DNA from: Candidatus Sumerlaeota bacterium
GTDB lineage: Bacteria; Sumerlaeota; Sumerlaeia; MWCT01; JAGHBZ01
Direction of reading: 5' to 3'
Assembly (NCBI GenBank): GCA_021160705.1
Contig: JAGHBZ010000077.1
Span: forward strand, 1-29,250
Length of the DNA: 29,250 nucleotides
Position 1 is the first letter of the stretch. Each line of letters opens with the position of its first letter. Positions 26,887 to 29,250 of the stretch are shown in pieces. The notes below the pieces were generated by a model. That model ran no database searches and had not been told where the DNA came from. It saw only the letters and a list, made by a program, of their open reading frames with translations. The position numbers and the translations under genes were made by a program.

Positions 26887-27285
26887 CCGGGATACCCTTC
26901 TGAGAAAATATCCTGTATTCTGATTCAGCCTTTAGCGGATATATAAGATAATAAACTTTCATCACGCCAGTAGAATACTAACGTACTCCCTGGCAATAAA
27001 AATGATTTTACTTCCTGTAGCCTGTTTCCTTCTGTATAAGAAAGAACAGGGATTTCTTCGCTGAATATAAAATTAGAGGGTTATTATGTTTCAATAAAGA
27101 GTTTATGTCAAATCGTTTTCAGAAATGGAATTTACTTGAATATATATAGATATTTGAGGGAAGATAACGGGACGGTAAAACGAGGCAACTTAATGGAATT
27201 TTTTCCTTAAGTCATCTTCAGCTTCTCTTTAATAGTCTAAAACAAAAAGGATACGATAGTTCCTTTTCAGAAGAGGAGGGAGGAA

Positions 27286-28539
27286 ATGGAGGTAATTGAT
27301 AAAAATATCGTGATAATTATAATCATTGCTTTATGTATTCTGGGAAATGTGAGTGCCATTTTTGCACAGCCGGAGGAGTTTATTGCACAGGCAAAAGATT
27401 TCCTCAATTCAGCGGAAGGTGGCGGTGAGAATAACGCACTCAGCAATTATATTCGTGCTATGGGGGAATTTAATACAAATCTCTTTATCCGCCACCAGCG
27501 TGCGTTTGATACGATTTTGGAAAAAGGCTGGACAGGCAGGGAGAAAGAGGAAATAGAGGTCTTGCGTTCTTTGCAACCTATACTTGCCGAAATCTGGCGT
27601 GGTAATGAGAAACCATTTGTCAGATACCCGCCGTATGAGCCACTTTCATCGCCGGTTCCCAATTTCTTGAAGTTGCAACTCTTAGGAAAACTTCTGGTTA
27701 TTCAGGCGCTTTACTGCGAGCATATTAATCGCCCTGATTATGCGCTGGAATGGTATAAACACGCTCTTATGTTCGCCCAACGTATGTGCGATAAGAACTC
27801 AATGCTTGTGGGGAAACTTATCTCACTTTCCGTAGAAAGAAACACCCTTAAATCCTTTCAGCGATTTCTCGTCCGACAAAATTTTGGCAAAGAGATATAT
27901 CAAAAGATTGCCGAGGAGCTTGCCGGGTTACGCTCAACTGAGACACCAGTCTGGCAGTTCATAAAAACCGAGGATAAATATGTTGCTCTCCTGATAAATG
28001 ACCCTGAGTCGGCTTTGATGCTTCCCGGTAGGAAACAACCCCTCACCCCCAGGGAACAACAGATGATAAAGTTCATCAACGCAAATAAAGAATCTGTAAG
28101 GAAGCAATATCGGGAGTTTTCGCAAAAGATGGAGGAACTATTGAAAAAGGGGTATCCAGAAATTATCCGCACAGAGCAGAATACTCTAAAGTCTGGGCTC
28201 CCGCCATTTTTAAGTAGTATAATCCCCAATTTTCGGGAGGCGAGTCTCCGCGAAGGCATAACATACGCTATCTGGTCACTCACTATTGCCACAGCCCGTG
28301 TACGTGCATACCGTCAAGAGAAGGGCACTCTCCCCCGGGAGATTTCAGCACTTGGAGAGGTTGGTATGAGCCTGCCCGATGACCCGTTTTCAAACCAACC
28401 ACTCAAATACATTTTTGTCGGTAATAGAGCTAAGTTGTATAGCATTGGTCCTGACCTTACTGATAATAATGCAAAGATAGAATACGACCCCACAAATGGC
28501 TCAGTCTCAACCGGCGACATTATTGTCGCAGTGAGATGA
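27286..28539 (+). CDS. Secreted or periplasmic helical protein with a GspG/pseudopilin-like C-terminus
   Basis: SD GGAGG; hydrophobic N-terminus ending AIFA-Q (signal peptide-like); C-terminal 'LPDDPFS..PLKY...KLYSIGPD.......YDPTNGSVSTGDI'. Confidence 0.6.
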   Translation: MEVIDKNIVIIIIIALCILGNVSAIFAQPEEFIAQAKDFLNSAEGGGENNALSNYIRAMGEFNTNLFIRHQRAFDTILEKGWTGREKEEIEVLRSLQPILAEIWRGNEKPFVRYPPYEPLSSPVPNFLKLQLLGKLLVIQALYCEHINRPDYALEWYKHALMFAQRMCDKNSMLVGKLISLSVERNTLKSFQRFLVRQNFGKEIYQKIAEELAGLRSTETPVWQFIKTEDKYVALLINDPESALMLPGRKQPLTPREQQMIKFINANKESVRKQYREFSQKMEELLKKGYPEIIRTEQNTLKSGLPPFLSSIIPNFREASLREGITYAIWSLTIATARVRAYRQEKGTLPREISALGEVGMSLPDDPFSNQPLKYIFVGNRAKLYSIGPDLTDNNAKIEYDPTNGSVSTGDIIVAVR

Positions 28540-28701
28540 GTGCGTATACCACCATAATAAGTTAAGATTGATAGTGCCATCACACCCGTAGAGTCCGGGG
28601 ACACTTCGTGCATATACCACTATAATAAGCAGGATTATGCGAGCAATTGAGGTACTTAGGGATTACTGCTCTATCGGAGGCGGTGTTTCGTTTACTGTTG
28701 T

Positions 28702-28766
28702 GTCCGTTAAATCCGTTTAGTCGGTTTAGGTCGGTTTAGGTCGGTTTAGTCGGTTAGTCGGTTTAT
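28702..28766. repeat. Tandem 8-10 bp repeat (TCGGTTTAG), about 7 units
   Basis: TCCGTTAAA..TCCGTTTAG TCGGTTTAGG TCGGTTTAGG TCGGTTTAG TCGGTTAG TCGGTTTAT. Confidence 0.9.
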
Positions 28767-28846
28767 CAAGGTTCATCATCCTTATTCCCTACCACTAATC
28801 TCAAAATTGTGAAAATGAGAGCTGAGCTTCACAGGTTAACTCCTTT

Positions 28847-29187
28847 CTCCTGGCTTCCTGGTCTCCTTATAAAAAAGAGTTAATAAGGAATCCAGGAGAC
28901 CAGGATAACTCTAAGATGGTAAGGTTTTTCGCTTCAATCAGAAAGGGAAATTAATATTACGATATGCTTGCAACAAAGCACATCGTGAGCTTTACTGGAA
29001 TTGAGAACAGACTCCTAAAGTTAAGTTGTTGTGAAAAGGTCGTTCCCTCCTGGCTTCCTGGTCTCCTTATAGAAAAAAAGAGTATTTATTAGGAAGCCAG
29101 GAGAGCAGGATAGGTCTGGAATAGTGAGATTTTTTCGCTTCAATCAGAAAGGAAAAATTAATCCTAGGATATGCTTACAACAGAGCA
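28847..29187. repeat. Two ~135-140 bp imperfect direct repeats (200-bp period), each beginning with a long hairpin
   Basis: 28847-28980 and 29047-29187 share an identical CTCCTGGCTTCCTGGTCTCCTTAT and TTTTTCGCTTCAATCAGAAAGG, plus GATATGCTT.CAACA.AGCA. The copy 1 stem 28848-28870/28883-28905 pairs at 19/23 positions. Confidence 0.9.
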
Positions 29188-29250
29188 ATTTTTCTTCTCT
29201 GTGTACTCGGTGAACTCTGTGGCTAAGAAGAAAAAGAGCAAGCCATAGAG

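Noticed and set aside
28702-29227. CRISPR array
   Set aside because: No constant 23-47 bp repeat separated by unique, similar-length spacers, and no cas genes.

Overview
Bacterial chromosomal window with four zones. (1) 341-9554: envelope and transport genes: a YfhO-type GT-C membrane protein, a coiled-coil protein, a metallophosphoesterase, an ECF cbiQ-cbiO pair with no cbiM, an orphan FecE/BtuD-type ATPase and a GT39/ArnT-like GT-C enzyme. (2) 10084-12946, minus strand: a compact accessory unit that the ORF track only partly shows. It has a perfect sigma54 promoter, a rod-shaped 6S-like RNA candidate, a strong hairpin, an unannotated 61-codon ORF with a perfect Shine-Dalgarno (SD) and an ATT start, two GvpF/GvpL-family genes (the first with a J-like tail lacking HPD) and a kaiB homologue with an in-frame TAA at codon 7. 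No gvpA or kaiC is present in the window. (3) 13109-26886, minus strand: an eight-gene signalling island directly upstream, with three PAS/GAF histidine kinases, NtrC-type and NarL-type regulators, a REC-diguanylate cyclase (AGDEF) and two stand-alone receivers. The two large kinases share a distinctive GAF subfamily, and one has a recent 363-bp PAS duplication. (4) 27286-29250: a secreted protein with a GspG-like C-terminus, followed by a repeat-dense intergenic tail. No rRNA, tRNA, CRISPR array or transposase was seen. All family calls come from motifs recognised by eye; no database searches were run.
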